From an uncultured Acidobacteriota bacterium (GTDB taxonomy: Bacteria; Acidobacteriota; Vicinamibacteria; Vicinamibacterales; UBA8438), in contig CAJWLU010000001.1 in NCBI GenBank assembly GCA_913043225.1, positions 352,001 to 416,000 of the forward strand: a stretch of 64,000 bases of DNA, read 5' to 3'. Shown here piece after piece: positions 48,292 to 58,717 of the stretch. The notes beneath the pieces are model-generated. The model did no database searches. It saw only the letters and a list, made by a program, of their open reading frames with translations, and had not been told where the DNA came from. A program made the translations under genes and the position numbers. Each line of letters opens with the position of its first letter. Position 1 is the first letter of the stretch.

Positions 48292-48839
48292 CCCACGAGA
48301 ACGGCGGCGGCAATGACGGTCGTCCAGAGACCGTTCTTGTCGCCAACCGCAGTCTGGGTCACGTTCTGCGTGCGGACAATCTGGTTGGACAGGCGATAGA
48401 CCTCTTTCTTCTCGTCCCAGCTCTTGTCCGGATCGAAGTCTAGGCCTAGGGTGGTAGCAAGCATCTCGGCGGCTAGTTCCTCGGCATAGTCGCCGGCCGT
48501 CTCTTCGTTCTCGCCGAAACTGTGGTGCTCGGAGAGATACCCGAACAACTTTCGGTCGCGCGGAATCGCCACGCCGATGGTCGCGGCGATGAGCCGGTGC
48601 GCCTCCTGCGTGGCGGCCTCGGACATGACGACGAAGGTGACCTGCCCCGGCTTGAGACGCCGGATCCCTTCGGCCTTGGACAGAATCTTGCAGCCAGGCG
48701 GGAAAATGCTTGAAACCCGCACGAGATTGCAAGCGGCGATGCCGGCCGACCGCAAAGCAAGCTCGAAGGAGGTCAGCTTCTCCCGGTGCTTGCCCACGCC
48801 CTTAGTGAAGAAGAGCTCCTTCGGGACGAGATCAATCAC
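48288..48839 (-). CDS. Pyruvoyl-dependent arginine decarboxylase
   Basis: SFELALRSAGIAACNLVRVS|SIFPP self-cleavage motif, GYLSEH; start set at GTG after GGAG because 48872 lies inside the -10 box. Confidence 0.92.
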   Translation of the reverse strand: MIDLVPKELFFTKGVGKHREKLTSFELALRSAGIAACNLVRVSSIFPPGCKILSKAEGIRRLKPGQVTFVVMSEAATQEAHRLIAATIGVAIPRDRKLFGYLSEHHSFGENEETAGDYAEELAAEMLATTLGLDFDPDKSWDEKKEVYRLSNQIVRTQNVTQTAVGDKNGLWTTVIAAAVLVG

Positions 48840-48868
48840 AGATGGCTCCGGCGGGACGACACTCGCGG

Positions 48869-48897
48869 ACACTAGGTCAACCCCGGTCCGGTGTCAA
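48869..48897 (-). promoter_or_regulatory. Sigma70-type promoter of the arginine decarboxylase operon
   Basis: TTGACA - 17 nt - TAGTGT. Confidence 0.7.
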
Positions 48898-48917
48898 GGA
48901 AAGCGGTCCGGCAGGCT

Positions 48918-48945
48918 GAACTTTCGCCTCGAACCGACCGTCTAA
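48918..48945 (+). promoter_or_regulatory. ECF (sigmaE-like) promoter of the Yip1/efflux operon
   Basis: GAACTT - 16 nt - GTCTAA. Confidence 0.6.
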
Positions 48946-49067
48946 GTACAAGACGACGGGCAGGGCTTGACCAGCTGCGGTCCGAGTGAGACTGCAGCAA
49001 CGAAGTACAATGGGTGATTGGGGTTACAGGGCCACGTCACCCCGGGCCGGCGCCGACCACCGAAGCT

Positions 49068-49805
49068 ATGTCCGACGAACTCCGCGCCCCCATGCAACAG
49101 ACGGCCGCGGCCGAGCCTGGCCCGATCAGCCGCCTGTTCGGCGTGCTGTTCGCGCCGCGCAAGACCTACGAGACCATCGTGCGGGCGCCGAAGGTGCTGG
49201 GCGCCCTGATGGTCGTCACGCTCGCCGTGGCCGGCGGCGCAGGAGTGATACTCAGCACAGAGGTAGGCCAACAGGCGGCGCTCGAACAGCAACTGGATGC
49301 GATGGAGTCATTCGGGATTTCCGTGAACGACGAGATGTACACCCAAATGGAGCGCCAGATGGGTAACGCCGTCTACTTCAGCATCGGTGGCGCGGCCATC
49401 GGGATCCCGCTCTTGGGCCTGGTCGTTGCTGGGGTGCTATGGTCGGTGTGCTACGTCGTGCTGGGCGCGCATGCGCCGTTCAAGGCGATGTTCGCCGTCG
49501 TCGCCCACGCCGGTGTCGTGAATATCGTCCAGCAGGCGTTCGTATTGCCACTGAACTATGCTCGGGGCGCTATGAACAGCCCCTCGACCCTCGCCGCCTT
49601 CTTCCCTATGCTCGAGGAAAGCACGTTCGCGCAGAGTACGCTCGCAGCTGTGGATCTCTTCATCGTCTGGCAGCTATTCATCGTGGCGATTGGTGTCGGC
49701 GTACTCTATGGACGGCACACCGGACCGATTGCCACGACGTTCTACGTGTTGTACGCCCTAATCGCCACCGGGATCGGATCGGTACTCTCCCAAATCGGAG
49801 GATGA
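49068..49805 (+). CDS. Yip1 family membrane protein
   Basis: GVLFAPRKTYE start, about 5 TM helices, DLFIVW. Confidence 0.82.
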   Translation: MSDELRAPMQQTAAAEPGPISRLFGVLFAPRKTYETIVRAPKVLGALMVVTLAVAGGAGVILSTEVGQQAALEQQLDAMESFGISVNDEMYTQMERQMGNAVYFSIGGAAIGIPLLGLVVAGVLWSVCYVVLGAHAPFKAMFAVVAHAGVVNIVQQAFVLPLNYARGAMNSPSTLAAFFPMLEESTFAQSTLAAVDLFIVWQLFIVAIGVGVLYGRHTGPIATTFYVLYALIATGIGSVLSQIGG

Positions 49806-49809
49806 GTCG

Positions 49810-51189
49810 TTGACGGTGCTACGTAAAAGTCTGATCGCAATTTTCATCGTCGCCATCGGCGGCGCACTGGTCTACTTCAACCTGACGTTCGAACGCTCCT
49901 CGGGACCCGAGGTGGAGGTCGAGAGGGTCGAACGCAGAAACTTGGAGGCACTGGTATCGGCCTCGGGCACAATCGTGCCCCAGCTGACCGTGGACATCTC
50001 GGCAGACACCATGGGCCGAGTGACCCGGCTAGCGTTCGACGAAGGCGACCGGGTTGACCGAGGCCAGTTCCTGCTCGAGATCGACCCCGAAACCCTTCGC
50101 TCGGCCGTGGACCGAGGCGAAGCGTCGCTGCGTGCATCCCGCTCGTCGCAGCGACAGCTCGAAGTAGCGGTCGAGACGTCGCAGGTGAATCTTGCCCTCT
50201 CGCGCGACAACCTGGAGCGTCAGCAGAACCTGTGGGAGCTGCGATTGATCTCGCGTGAGGCGTACGACCAGGCGCTGACCGACGTCACGTTAAGGGAAAC
50301 CGAGCTGCAGGCCCGCGAGGTCGATGTCGCGACTCAAGTCGAGAGGATCCGGCAAGAGGAGGCCAGCCTCGAAAGCGCGCGCTACGAACTGACGAAGGTG
50401 ACAATCACCTCACCGTTCGCCGGCGTGGTGACACGCCGCAACATCGAGGAAGGCGAGACCGTCGTGGTAGGCACCATGAACAATGCCGGCACGGTACTCG
50501 CGACCATCGCGGATCTGTCGGTGATCGAAGCCGAAGTGGAGGTGGACGAGACCGACATCCCGAGTATCGAATTGGGCCAACTTGCCATCGTCACTATCGA
50601 CGCGCTACCCGACGACGAGTTCACCGGAGTGGTGACCGAAATCGGTAACAGCCCGATCCAGGCTGGCGGTCAGGGCGCCGGCACCCAGGCCACCACGTTC
50701 AAGGTGGTCGTGACGCTCGACGACGAGATTCCGGGCGTTCGCCCCGGCTTCACCTGCACCGCCGACATCACGACCGCGTTCCGCACGGCTTCGCTCTCGA
50801 TCCCGATTCAGGCCGCCACGGTCCGTGAGGTTGTGGTCGACGCCAGCGGCAACCTGTTGCGCAACAACACGAACGACCGGCGGCGACCTGGCGTCAGCTC
50901 GCAGGTATCTGCGGCAGAACTTCCGCCGGGAGGTTCAGAGGAAGAAATCGAAGGCGTGTTCGTAGCGCGCCAAGGCCGTGCCGTTTTTGCTCCGGTCGAT
51001 ACTGGCATCGCCGGCGAGCGGTATTTCGAGGCACTCAACGGTATCCAAGAGGGAGACCTCATCATCACCGGACCGTTCAGCGAGGTCAGGAACCTGACGG
51101 ACGGCGACGACATCAGGATCGCTAGCGGCAATGAGTCGTCAGAGGCCGGTGAGAGAAGCGGCGGCTTCCAGTTCAGGTTCGGAAGGTAG
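49810..51189 (+). CDS. Periplasmic adaptor (MacA/HlyD-like membrane fusion protein)
   Basis: N-terminal TM, V.ASG.I, EGDRV..GQ, coiled hairpin, ITSPFAGVV, VDETDI. Confidence 0.92.
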   Translation: MTVLRKSLIAIFIVAIGGALVYFNLTFERSSGPEVEVERVERRNLEALVSASGTIVPQLTVDISADTMGRVTRLAFDEGDRVDRGQFLLEIDPETLRSAVDRGEASLRASRSSQRQLEVAVETSQVNLALSRDNLERQQNLWELRLISREAYDQALTDVTLRETELQAREVDVATQVERIRQEEASLESARYELTKVTITSPFAGVVTRRNIEEGETVVVGTMNNAGTVLATIADLSVIEAEVEVDETDIPSIELGQLAIVTIDALPDDEFTGVVTEIGNSPIQAGGQGAGTQATTFKVVVTLDDEIPGVRPGFTCTADITTAFRTASLSIPIQAATVREVVVDASGNLLRNNTNDRRRPGVSSQVSAAELPPGGSEEEIEGVFVARQGRAVFAPVDTGIAGERYFEALNGIQEGDLIITGPFSEVRNLTDGDDIRIASGNESSEAGERSGGFQFRFGR

Positions 51190-51196
51190 CGAAGAG

Positions 51197-52420
51197 ATGC
51201 GTCGAGCCGCTGACCTGACCGTTATCGCCCTGCAGGCCATCTGGGCGAATAAGTTGCGGTCACTCCTCACCGTGCTCGGAAACATTGTAGCGGTAGCCTC
51301 AATCATCGCCGTGGTGTCCCTTATCCAGGGGGTCAACGAGGAGGTCAGCGGCGCCATCGTCTCGCAGTTCGGGGCTGACTCCTTCAGCATTCAGCGCCGA
51401 GGGATGGTGATGACGGAGGAAGACATCGAGCGAGCGAGAAACAACCCGCTGATCACGCTCGACGACGCGGAAGCAATCCGGCGGCTGGCCGACTCGGTGG
51501 ACTCGGTGATGGCGCAGAGTGGTCGTAGCGGTGAGGTGCGCTATCGGGACCAGGTTCTGGAGAACGTCGGCATCCGTGGGGTAACGAGCGAGTACATCAA
51601 CTTCCCGACCTTCACTGCAGAACAGGGCCGGCTGATGAGCCCGACCGAAGTCGATCGCAACCGTAGCGTCGCGCTGCTTGGCTTCGACACCGCTGACAGT
51701 CTATTCGGCACCCTCGACCCTATCGACAAGACCATCAAGATCCAGGGCGTCAACTTCCGGGTGATCGGGGTGAGCGAGCCGACCCCCTCAACATTCGGTC
51801 AATCCCAGGACGAGTACGTGATCCTCCCCATGGGTCGGTTCAGGAAGCTGTTCGGTTCGCGCCCGTCGCTAGAGCTTACCGTTCGCCCTAACACCCCTGA
51901 ACAAATCGATCGGGCAATCGACGAAGCGACGGTAGCGCTGCGCATTGACCGGCGGCTGCGCGCGAACGAAGAGGACGACTTCGGAGTGTTCACTTCCGAC
52001 ACGGTCCTTGGACTTTATGAACAGGCTACCACCGGGATCTTCGCTGTTCTGGTCGGCATCGTCGGCCTGTCCCTGCTGGTGGGCGGCATCGTGATCATGA
52101 ACATCATGCTTATGGTGGTATCCGAACGCACCCGCGAGATCGGACTGCGCAAAGCACTCGGGGCGCGTCGCCGGGACCTACTCTGGCAGATACTCGCCGA
52201 GTCGGTAATCCTCTCCGTCAGCGGGGGACTCGTCGGAACCGCCATAGGCTGGGGTGTAGCCATTGGACTGAGCTCACTTAGTCCCGTACCTGCTGTGGTC
52301 CATCCTTGGTCGGTGGTCCTCGGCGTGACGATGACTGCCGTCGTCGGCCTCTTCTTCGGTCTATATCCTGCTTCCAAGGCTGCCTCACTCGACCCGATCA
52401 CGGCGCTCGGCCGTGGTTAA
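51197..52420 (+). CDS. MacB/FtsX-like ABC permease
   Basis: NKLRSLLTVLG, VGGIVIMNIM, VSERTREIGLRKALGA, LDPITAL. Confidence 0.93.
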   Translation: MRRAADLTVIALQAIWANKLRSLLTVLGNIVAVASIIAVVSLIQGVNEEVSGAIVSQFGADSFSIQRRGMVMTEEDIERARNNPLITLDDAEAIRRLADSVDSVMAQSGRSGEVRYRDQVLENVGIRGVTSEYINFPTFTAEQGRLMSPTEVDRNRSVALLGFDTADSLFGTLDPIDKTIKIQGVNFRVIGVSEPTPSTFGQSQDEYVILPMGRFRKLFGSRPSLELTVRPNTPEQIDRAIDEATVALRIDRRLRANEEDDFGVFTSDTVLGLYEQATTGIFAVLVGIVGLSLLVGGIVIMNIMLMVVSERTREIGLRKALGARRRDLLWQILAESVILSVSGGLVGTAIGWGVAIGLSSLSPVPAVVHPWSVVLGVTMTAVVGLFFGLYPASKAASLDPITALGRG

Positions 52421-52429
52421 CGACACCCC

Positions 52430-53719
52430 ATGACCAAGATTGGCGGCGGACTGTTCGGCGAAATCGTCTCAATGGCGATGGACACGCTCCGGGAGCAAAA
52501 GGTCCGGTCTGGCCTGACGATCCTCGGCGTGGTCATCGGGATCATGTCGATCGTCGGCAGTACGTCGCTGATCCGGGGACTCGACGAATCACTGCGAAGC
52601 ACCATCCAGTCGATGGGCCGAGACACAATCTTCGTCACCAAGTTCAGTGGCATCAGTCTGGGCTCTGGACGAGAGCTAACGGAGCTGCTCCGCCGCCCCA
52701 ACCTGACCCCGGACGATGCCGAGGCAATCGCTGACCAGGCCGATACGCTTGCCTCGGTGAATCTGGTGCTCGGGCAAGGCGGCCAACCTACCCAGGAACG
52801 CATCTACCACCGGTCAGAGCAAACCAAGCGACTCAACATCTTCGGCTCCACCTCCAACTACCCAGAGGTGTTCAACGTCGAGGTAACGGAGGGACGGTTC
52901 TTCACGCCGGGTGAGACGCGGCGCCGTGCTCAGGTGGTGGTGCTTGGGCTTACGCCCGCGCAGGCCCTGTTCCCTAACACCGACCCGATCGGTAAACGGG
53001 TTCGGGTCGGCAACCTTCGCTATACCGTCATTGGGGTAACCGGAGAGAGCCCGAGTCCCGGCGGCTTCAACATGGGGCAGGACGACTTCGTGGTGATCCC
53101 GCACACCACTTACCAGAAGCAATTCGGCATCCGCGCCACACGGGCCTTCGGCGGAGAAATGCGCGCGGTAATGATAGCGGCGGTGCCACACGAGGACATT
53201 GACCGAGCCGACGCGATGGCCGACATCGAGCGGGTGATGCGGATCCGACACCGGCTGCGTCTCGACGAGGAGAACGATTTCGAACTGATGACCCAGGACG
53301 CCATTCTGGGCCTGTGGGACCAGATCAGCGGAGCGACGTTCCTCTCTCTCATCGTGATCTCATCGATCGCGCTCCTCGTTGGCGGGATCGGGGTAATGGG
53401 GATCATGACGATCTCGGTCACCGAACGCACCCGCGAGATCGGTACTCGGCGAGCCATCGGCGCCAAACGACGAGAAATCCTCTGGCAGTTCCTGCTGGAA
53501 GCCTCGTTCTTGACGGCGGTGGGAGGCGTACTGGGCATTGCCTTGGGCAGCGCGATCGGCATTGGCGTGCACTTCGCGACTGGCTTCCCCATCTCGCTGC
53601 CGTGGTGGTCGTTCGCCCTCGGGCTCAGTTTCTCTGCCGGGGTGGGTATCCTCTTTGGTATGTTCCCCGCCATCAAGGCAGCACGCCTCGATCCCATCGA
53701 GGCACTCCGCTACGAGTAG
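52430..53719 (+). CDS. MacB/FtsX-like ABC permease
   Basis: RSGLTILGVVIG, VGGIGVM, VTERTREIG, LDPIEALRYE. Confidence 0.93.
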   Translation: MTKIGGGLFGEIVSMAMDTLREQKVRSGLTILGVVIGIMSIVGSTSLIRGLDESLRSTIQSMGRDTIFVTKFSGISLGSGRELTELLRRPNLTPDDAEAIADQADTLASVNLVLGQGGQPTQERIYHRSEQTKRLNIFGSTSNYPEVFNVEVTEGRFFTPGETRRRAQVVVLGLTPAQALFPNTDPIGKRVRVGNLRYTVIGVTGESPSPGGFNMGQDDFVVIPHTTYQKQFGIRATRAFGGEMRAVMIAAVPHEDIDRADAMADIERVMRIRHRLRLDEENDFELMTQDAILGLWDQISGATFLSLIVISSIALLVGGIGVMGIMTISVTERTREIGTRRAIGAKRREILWQFLLEASFLTAVGGVLGIALGSAIGIGVHFATGFPISLPWWSFALGLSFSAGVGILFGMFPAIKAARLDPIEALRYE

Positions 53720-53869
53720 GGCTTCCAGACCCTCCCAACCGACTCCGTCGACCGGTACTCGAATGCTTGAAGCGGGCTCGGCTGGTCCTATAGGATAGGG
53801 GTTTCGCCTAGTGTAGGTTAAAGGCCACCTTGCCCTGAAGGCTGGGACCGTCTGGAGGTTTGTCGAGCT

Positions 53870-55960
53870 ATGAAAGTTTACGACTCCGAGCAGATCCGCA
53901 ACGTCGCGATCGTGGGCCACAGCGGCTCCGGCAAGACCCAGCTGACCTCGGCATTGCTCTACGACGCCGGCGCCGTGAACCGGCTCGGCCTAGTTGACGA
54001 CGGCACGACCACCACCGACTACGACGAAGAAGAAGTCGCCCGCAAGCACACACTGTCGGCAGCCACCGCCTTCGCGGAGTGGAAGAAGCACAAGATCAAC
54101 CTGATCGACACGCCGGGCATGGCGAACTTCTTCAGCGATGCCCGTTCGGCGCTGCGCGTGGCCGATGCCGCGGTGGTCGTGGTTGATGCGGTCTCGGGCT
54201 CGGAGGTGATCACCGAGAAAGTCTGGGCGGCCACGGCTGAGCTAGATCTCCCTTGCATCGTGGTGCTGAATCGACTGGACCGTGAGCGCGCCAGTTTGTC
54301 CCGTTCGCTCGAATCGCTGCATGAGGCCTTCGGCCGCACCTTGGTCCCGGTTCAGCTGCCTATCGGTGAGGAGAAAGCGTTCAGTGGCATCGTGGACCTG
54401 GTGGCCAATCAGGCCGTGACCTTCGGCGAGGACGGACAGAGTCCCTCCTCGGCTGACGTACCGGCCGAGCTAGCCGACGAAGCCAATGCCGCCCGGGAAG
54501 CGCTGATCGAACTGGTGGCCGAAGCGGACGAGAGTCTCATGGAGCAGTTCTTCGAGGCGGGTACACTGACTCAGGCGCAGCTCGAATCCGGCCTAACGGC
54601 GGCCACGGCAAACCGGCAGGTCTTCCCGTTGTTCTGCACGTCCGCCATTACCAACCTAGGGATTCAATCGCTGCTCGATGCCCTTCTGACCTACGTCCCA
54701 TCGCCCCTGAGCCGTAACCTCCCTGTCGTCGACAGCGAGGGAGAACCAACCAGCTACGATGCGGGCGACAGCGGAGCGTCAGCGCTCGTCTGGAAGACCG
54801 TGGCCGACCCGTTCGCGGGACGCATCACTATGTTTCGGATCACCTCCGGCACGCTGGCCTCGGACTCGACCATCCGCAACGTGTCGAATGACTCCGCCGA
54901 GCGGGTGGGTGCAGTCGGACTGATGCAGGGCAAGACCCAGGAAACGGTGCCTGAGATCAAAGCCGGCGACCTCGGGTCGGTGGCCAAGCTGAAGGACACC
55001 CGTACCGGGGACACGCTGGCCGCCAAAGGTACCAGCTGGAGATTCGCTCCATTCCTGTTCACGGAACCGGTGCTCTCTTACGCCATCGAGCCCAAGAGCC
55101 GCGGCGACGAGGAGAAGATCAGCACCGCGCTACAGCGGCTCCAGGAGGAGGACCCGACGATTCGCTACGCCCGCGACCCGCAGACCGGGCAGCTGCTTCT
55201 CTCCGGCCAGGGCCAGTTACACATCGAAGTGACTGTGGCCAAGCTGAAGCGACGGTTTGGAGTCGAGGTCAACCTCAAGTTGCCCCGGATTCCGTATCGG
55301 GAGACGATCAAGGCGGCGACCGAGGCGCATGGACGCCACAAGAAGCAGACCGGCGGCCACGGACAGTTCGGTGATTGCAAGATCAAGGTCAGGCCGCTCG
55401 AACGCGGACAGGACTTCGAGTTCATCGACGAGATCTTCGGTGGCGCCATCCCTCGGGGGTTCATCCCAGCAGTCGAGAAGGGTATTCAGGAGGCACGCAC
55501 TCGGGGCTATCTTGCCGGCTACCCCATGGTCGACTTCTCGGTCACGCTCTATGACGGCTCGTTTCATCCCGTCGACTCCAACGAGATGTCGTTCAAGATG
55601 GCCGGGCGGTTAGCATTCCGCGACGCGATGGAGCGAGCCAAGCCGACACTACTCGAACCGGTGATGAACGTCGAAGTGTACGCGCCCAGCGACTACGCAG
55701 GCGATCTCATGGGTGATCTGAACGGACGCCGTGGCCGCATCGGGGGCATGGACACGCGCGGTGCCTCAACCTCGATCAAAGCGCAGGTGCCGATGTCAGA
55801 GATGTTGACCTACGAACAGCAACTCACCTCGGCCACCGGTGGCCGGGGCTCCTATCACATGGAGTTCTCGCACTACGAAGAGGTCCCGGCGCATGTCCAA
55901 GAGAAGGTGATCGCTGAAGCGAAGGCGGGCGGTGGAAACGGGGACGACGACGAAGGGTAG
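53870..55960 (+). CDS. Elongation factor G paralogue (EF-G2 type)
   Basis: Five-domain EF-G with GHSGSGKT, non-canonical switch I (RKHTL), DTPGM, NRLD, KKQTGGHGQF. Confidence 0.93.
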   Translation: MKVYDSEQIRNVAIVGHSGSGKTQLTSALLYDAGAVNRLGLVDDGTTTTDYDEEEVARKHTLSAATAFAEWKKHKINLIDTPGMANFFSDARSALRVADAAVVVVDAVSGSEVITEKVWAATAELDLPCIVVLNRLDRERASLSRSLESLHEAFGRTLVPVQLPIGEEKAFSGIVDLVANQAVTFGEDGQSPSSADVPAELADEANAAREALIELVAEADESLMEQFFEAGTLTQAQLESGLTAATANRQVFPLFCTSAITNLGIQSLLDALLTYVPSPLSRNLPVVDSEGEPTSYDAGDSGASALVWKTVADPFAGRITMFRITSGTLASDSTIRNVSNDSAERVGAVGLMQGKTQETVPEIKAGDLGSVAKLKDTRTGDTLAAKGTSWRFAPFLFTEPVLSYAIEPKSRGDEEKISTALQRLQEEDPTIRYARDPQTGQLLLSGQGQLHIEVTVAKLKRRFGVEVNLKLPRIPYRETIKAATEAHGRHKKQTGGHGQFGDCKIKVRPLERGQDFEFIDEIFGGAIPRGFIPAVEKGIQEARTRGYLAGYPMVDFSVTLYDGSFHPVDSNEMSFKMAGRLAFRDAMERAKPTLLEPVMNVEVYAPSDYAGDLMGDLNGRRGRIGGMDTRGASTSIKAQVPMSEMLTYEQQLTSATGGRGSYHMEFSHYEEVPAHVQEKVIAEAKAGGGNGDDDEG

Positions 55961-55974
55961 AGGCGAAAACACGG

Positions 55975-56002
55975 CAGCTGCGGGTCAGACGACCCGCAGC
56001 TG
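55975..56002. terminator. Hairpin between convergent EF-G2 and rplQ
   Basis: Perfect 12-bp stem CAGCTGCGGGTC-AGAC-GACCCGCAGCTG; short T-run on the minus side. Confidence 0.65.
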
Positions 56003-56011
56003 ATGAGCACG

Positions 56012-56536
56012 TTATTCTTTCTCGGCGTCGGCGCCCTCCTCCGCATCACCACGGAGACGCTTCGCGGCGGCGCGTAGCCGGCCACCCACTCCCTGGCCGC
56101 CAGACGCCGCTTCTTCGGCCGCATCATCCCCATCGGCCTCGGTCGGGTCGTACTCGCTGCCAACCAGTTCAATCTGCGCGATCTCGGCCTGGTCACCTTT
56201 CCGGCGTCCGAGTTGCAGGACCCGTGTATAGCCACCAGGACGCTCAGAGAATCTCGGAGCGATGGACTCGAAGAGCTTGCTTGCGACCTTCTTGTCAGCG
56301 AGGTCGCGAGCCACGAGCCGCCTGGCATGCAACGCCTTGGGGGTATCGTCCCCCTCGGCGATGCCACGCTTGGCGACAGTGATCAACCGCTCCACGAACG
56401 GACGGAGTTCCTTTGCCTTGGCCAGCGTCGTATCGATACGCTCGTGACGCAGCAGCATCTGCGCCTGGTTTCGCAGCGTGGCGATCCGGTGCTCCGTGAC
56501 CCGCCCCAGCTTTCGGTGGGCTACTCGATGACGCAT
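56012..56536 (-). CDS. rplQ: 50S ribosomal protein L17
   Basis: MRHRVAHRKLGR...TTLAKAKELR...RPGGYTR. Confidence 0.98.
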   Translation of the reverse strand: MRHRVAHRKLGRVTEHRIATLRNQAQMLLRHERIDTTLAKAKELRPFVERLITVAKRGIAEGDDTPKALHARRLVARDLADKKVASKLFESIAPRFSERPGGYTRVLQLGRRKGDQAEIAQIELVGSEYDPTEADGDDAAEEAASGGQGVGGRLRAAAKRLRGDAEEGADAEKE

Positions 56537-56541
56537 CGTTG

Positions 56542-57531
56542 TTACTCCGCTTCGCCCTCGGCGACCGGCTGATCCAGCCGCATGCCGAGGCCGAGCCCCA
56601 TGCCCTGGAGGATCTCTTTGATCTCGTTGAGAGACTTCCGCCCGAAGTTCTTGGTGCGGAGCATCTCAGGCTCGGTCTTCAGCACCAATTCGCGAATGGT
56701 CTGGATGTTGGCGTTCTTCAAGCAGTTATAGGACCGGACCGAGAGCTCCAGTTCCTCGACGCTCTTGTCGAGATGCTCGTTTGATACTACCGTCGGCACC
56801 GCCTCACCCTCCGATTCCGCTGGGGCATCCACCGGGTCGTCGAGATTGATGAAGATACTCAGATGGTCGCGAACTAGTTTCGCTCCAAGCGAGACGGCAT
56901 CGCGCGCGGTGACAGTGCCATCGGTCCAAACATCCACGGTGAGCTTGTCATAGTCGGTGGTCTGTCCTAGCCGAGCGGCCTCGACCAGATAGTTCACCTT
57001 GCGCACCGGGGAGTGGACAGAATCAACCGGAATCCATCCGATCCCGAGATCATCATCGAAGTTCTTGTCCGCAGACACATACCCCCGCCCCTGCTTGACC
57101 CGCATTTCCATGTGCAGCGAGCCCCCGTCTGAGACGGTCGCGATGTGCAGGTCCTGGTCGAGAATCTCAACATCGCCGTCGCCCTCAAGATCCGAAGCCT
57201 TGACCTCACCGGCCTTGTCTGCCCGAAGATACAAGGTCTTCGTCTGATCAGAGTGCAGCTTGATCGGGATCTGTTTGAGATTCAGGATGATATCGGTCGC
57301 GTCTTCCACCACCCCGGGGATCGGTGAAAATTCGTGCAGCACATTGTCGATCTTCACGCTGGTCACCGCCGCCCCTTCGATGGCCGACAGCAACACGCGG
57401 CGCAGGGCGTTCCCAATCGTCGTGCCGAACCCACGCTCGAACGGCTGAGCATGGAAACGACCATACTGATCGGTCAGGGTGTCGGCATCGAACTCCAGCC
57501 GCTTCGGTCGCTGGAAGCCTTTCCACAACAT
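56542..57531 (-). CDS. rpoA: RNA polymerase subunit alpha
   Basis: [41 protein letters not shown]. Confidence 0.98.
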   Translation of the reverse strand: MLWKGFQRPKRLEFDADTLTDQYGRFHAQPFERGFGTTIGNALRRVLLSAIEGAAVTSVKIDNVLHEFSPIPGVVEDATDIILNLKQIPIKLHSDQTKTLYLRADKAGEVKASDLEGDGDVEILDQDLHIATVSDGGSLHMEMRVKQGRGYVSADKNFDDDLGIGWIPVDSVHSPVRKVNYLVEAARLGQTTDYDKLTVDVWTDGTVTARDAVSLGAKLVRDHLSIFINLDDPVDAPAESEGEAVPTVVSNEHLDKSVEELELSVRSYNCLKNANIQTIRELVLKTEPEMLRTKNFGRKSLNEIKEILQGMGLGLGMRLDQPVAEGEAE

Positions 57532-57601
57532 CGAGTCAGTCCTTTCTGTAGCCGGTACCGGCCGGGCTCTCCCGGCGGAGCACGCGTCGCGTCTCTAGTT
57601 C

Positions 57602-58234
57602 CTACTTCGAATACAGCTCGACGATCAGCTGCTCCTGCACCGGCAGATTAATCTGGTCGCGTGTCGGCAACGACGCGACTTTTCCGGTCATGCTCTCCGC
57701 GTCGAACTCCAGCCACTCGGGGATACCTCGCCCCTTGACCTCCTCCATCGCGTAAAGGATGGACGCTTTCTTGGCGCTCCGCTCACGCACGGCCACAGCA
57801 TCGCCGGCCTTGAGAGAGATCGAAGGGATGTCGGCCCGTCGCCCGTTCACACGGACGTGACCGTGACGCACCAACTGACGCGCCTGCGGCCGAGAGGTGG
57901 CTAGGCCGAGCCGGTAGACAACGTTGTCGAGTCGTCGCTCAAGAAGCTGCAGCAGGGTTTCGCCCGTGATGCCACGCTGGCGCTCGGCCGCCGCGAAGTA
58001 GAGGCGGAACTGGCTCTCCAGCACACCATAGGTGCGCTTCACCTTCTGCTTCTCACGGAGCTGCGACCCGTACCCCATTACCTTGTTAGGTCGACGGCGG
58101 CGGCTCTGTTGCCCGGGAGGAACATTGCGCTTCTCGATGGCGCACTTCTCCGCGTAGCAACGCTCCCCTTTCAGGAAGAGCTTCATGCCCTCTCGCCGAC
58201 ACAGTCGGCAAACGGGTCCTGCGTATCGTGCCAT
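57602..58234 (-). CDS. rpsD: 30S ribosomal protein S4
   Basis: [41 protein letters not shown]. Confidence 0.98.
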   Translation of the reverse strand: MARYAGPVCRLCRREGMKLFLKGERCYAEKCAIEKRNVPPGQQSRRRRPNKVMGYGSQLREKQKVKRTYGVLESQFRLYFAAAERQRGITGETLLQLLERRLDNVVYRLGLATSRPQARQLVRHGHVRVNGRRADIPSISLKAGDAVAVRERSAKKASILYAMEEVKGRGIPEWLEFDAESMTGKVASLPTRDQINLPVQEQLIVELYSK

Positions 58235-58246
58235 GCTGGTCTTCTC

Positions 58247-58693
58247 CTACACCCGACGCCGTTTTGGCGGCCGGCATCCATTGTGCGGGATCGGCGTGAC
58301 GTCCTTGATCGACTTCACACTGAGTCCCACCGAAGCCTGCAGGGCACGAATGGCCGACTCACGACCGCCCCCCGGGCCCTTCACCCGAACGTCGACTGTC
58401 CTCATTCCGACCGCCTTGGCCCCGTGCCCGGCGCGGATCGAAGCCTGCGTCGCGGCAAACGGAGTGCCCTTCCTCGATCCACGGAACCCGATAGCTCCGG
58501 CGCTGGACCACGCCACCACGCTGCCCGCAGGGTCCGCGATGGTTATGATGGTGTTATTGAACGACGCTTGGATGTGCACGATACCGTGATGCACCACCCG
58601 CTTGTCGCGCTTCTTCTTAAACGTCTTCTTTCGCTTCCCCGCCGGTTTCTTTGGCGGCGGAACCGACGCGTCGACTGTCTCAAGCTTTGCCAT
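58247..58693 (-). CDS. rpsK: 30S ribosomal protein S11
   Basis: [34 protein letters not shown]. Confidence 0.98.
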   Translation of the reverse strand: MAKLETVDASVPPPKKPAGKRKKTFKKKRDKRVVHHGIVHIQASFNNTIITIADPAGSVVAWSSAGAIGFRGSRKGTPFAATQASIRAGHGAKAVGMRTVDVRVKGPGGGRESAIRALQASVGLSVKSIKDVTPIPHNGCRPPKRRRV

Positions 58694-58717
58694 TCGCCAG
58701 CAGTCCTTTCTCGACCA

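Noticed and set aside
48292..48732. N-terminal extension of the 482-aa barrel ORF
   Set aside because: Overlaps the arginine decarboxylase in another frame; the signal peptide begins after ATG 48291
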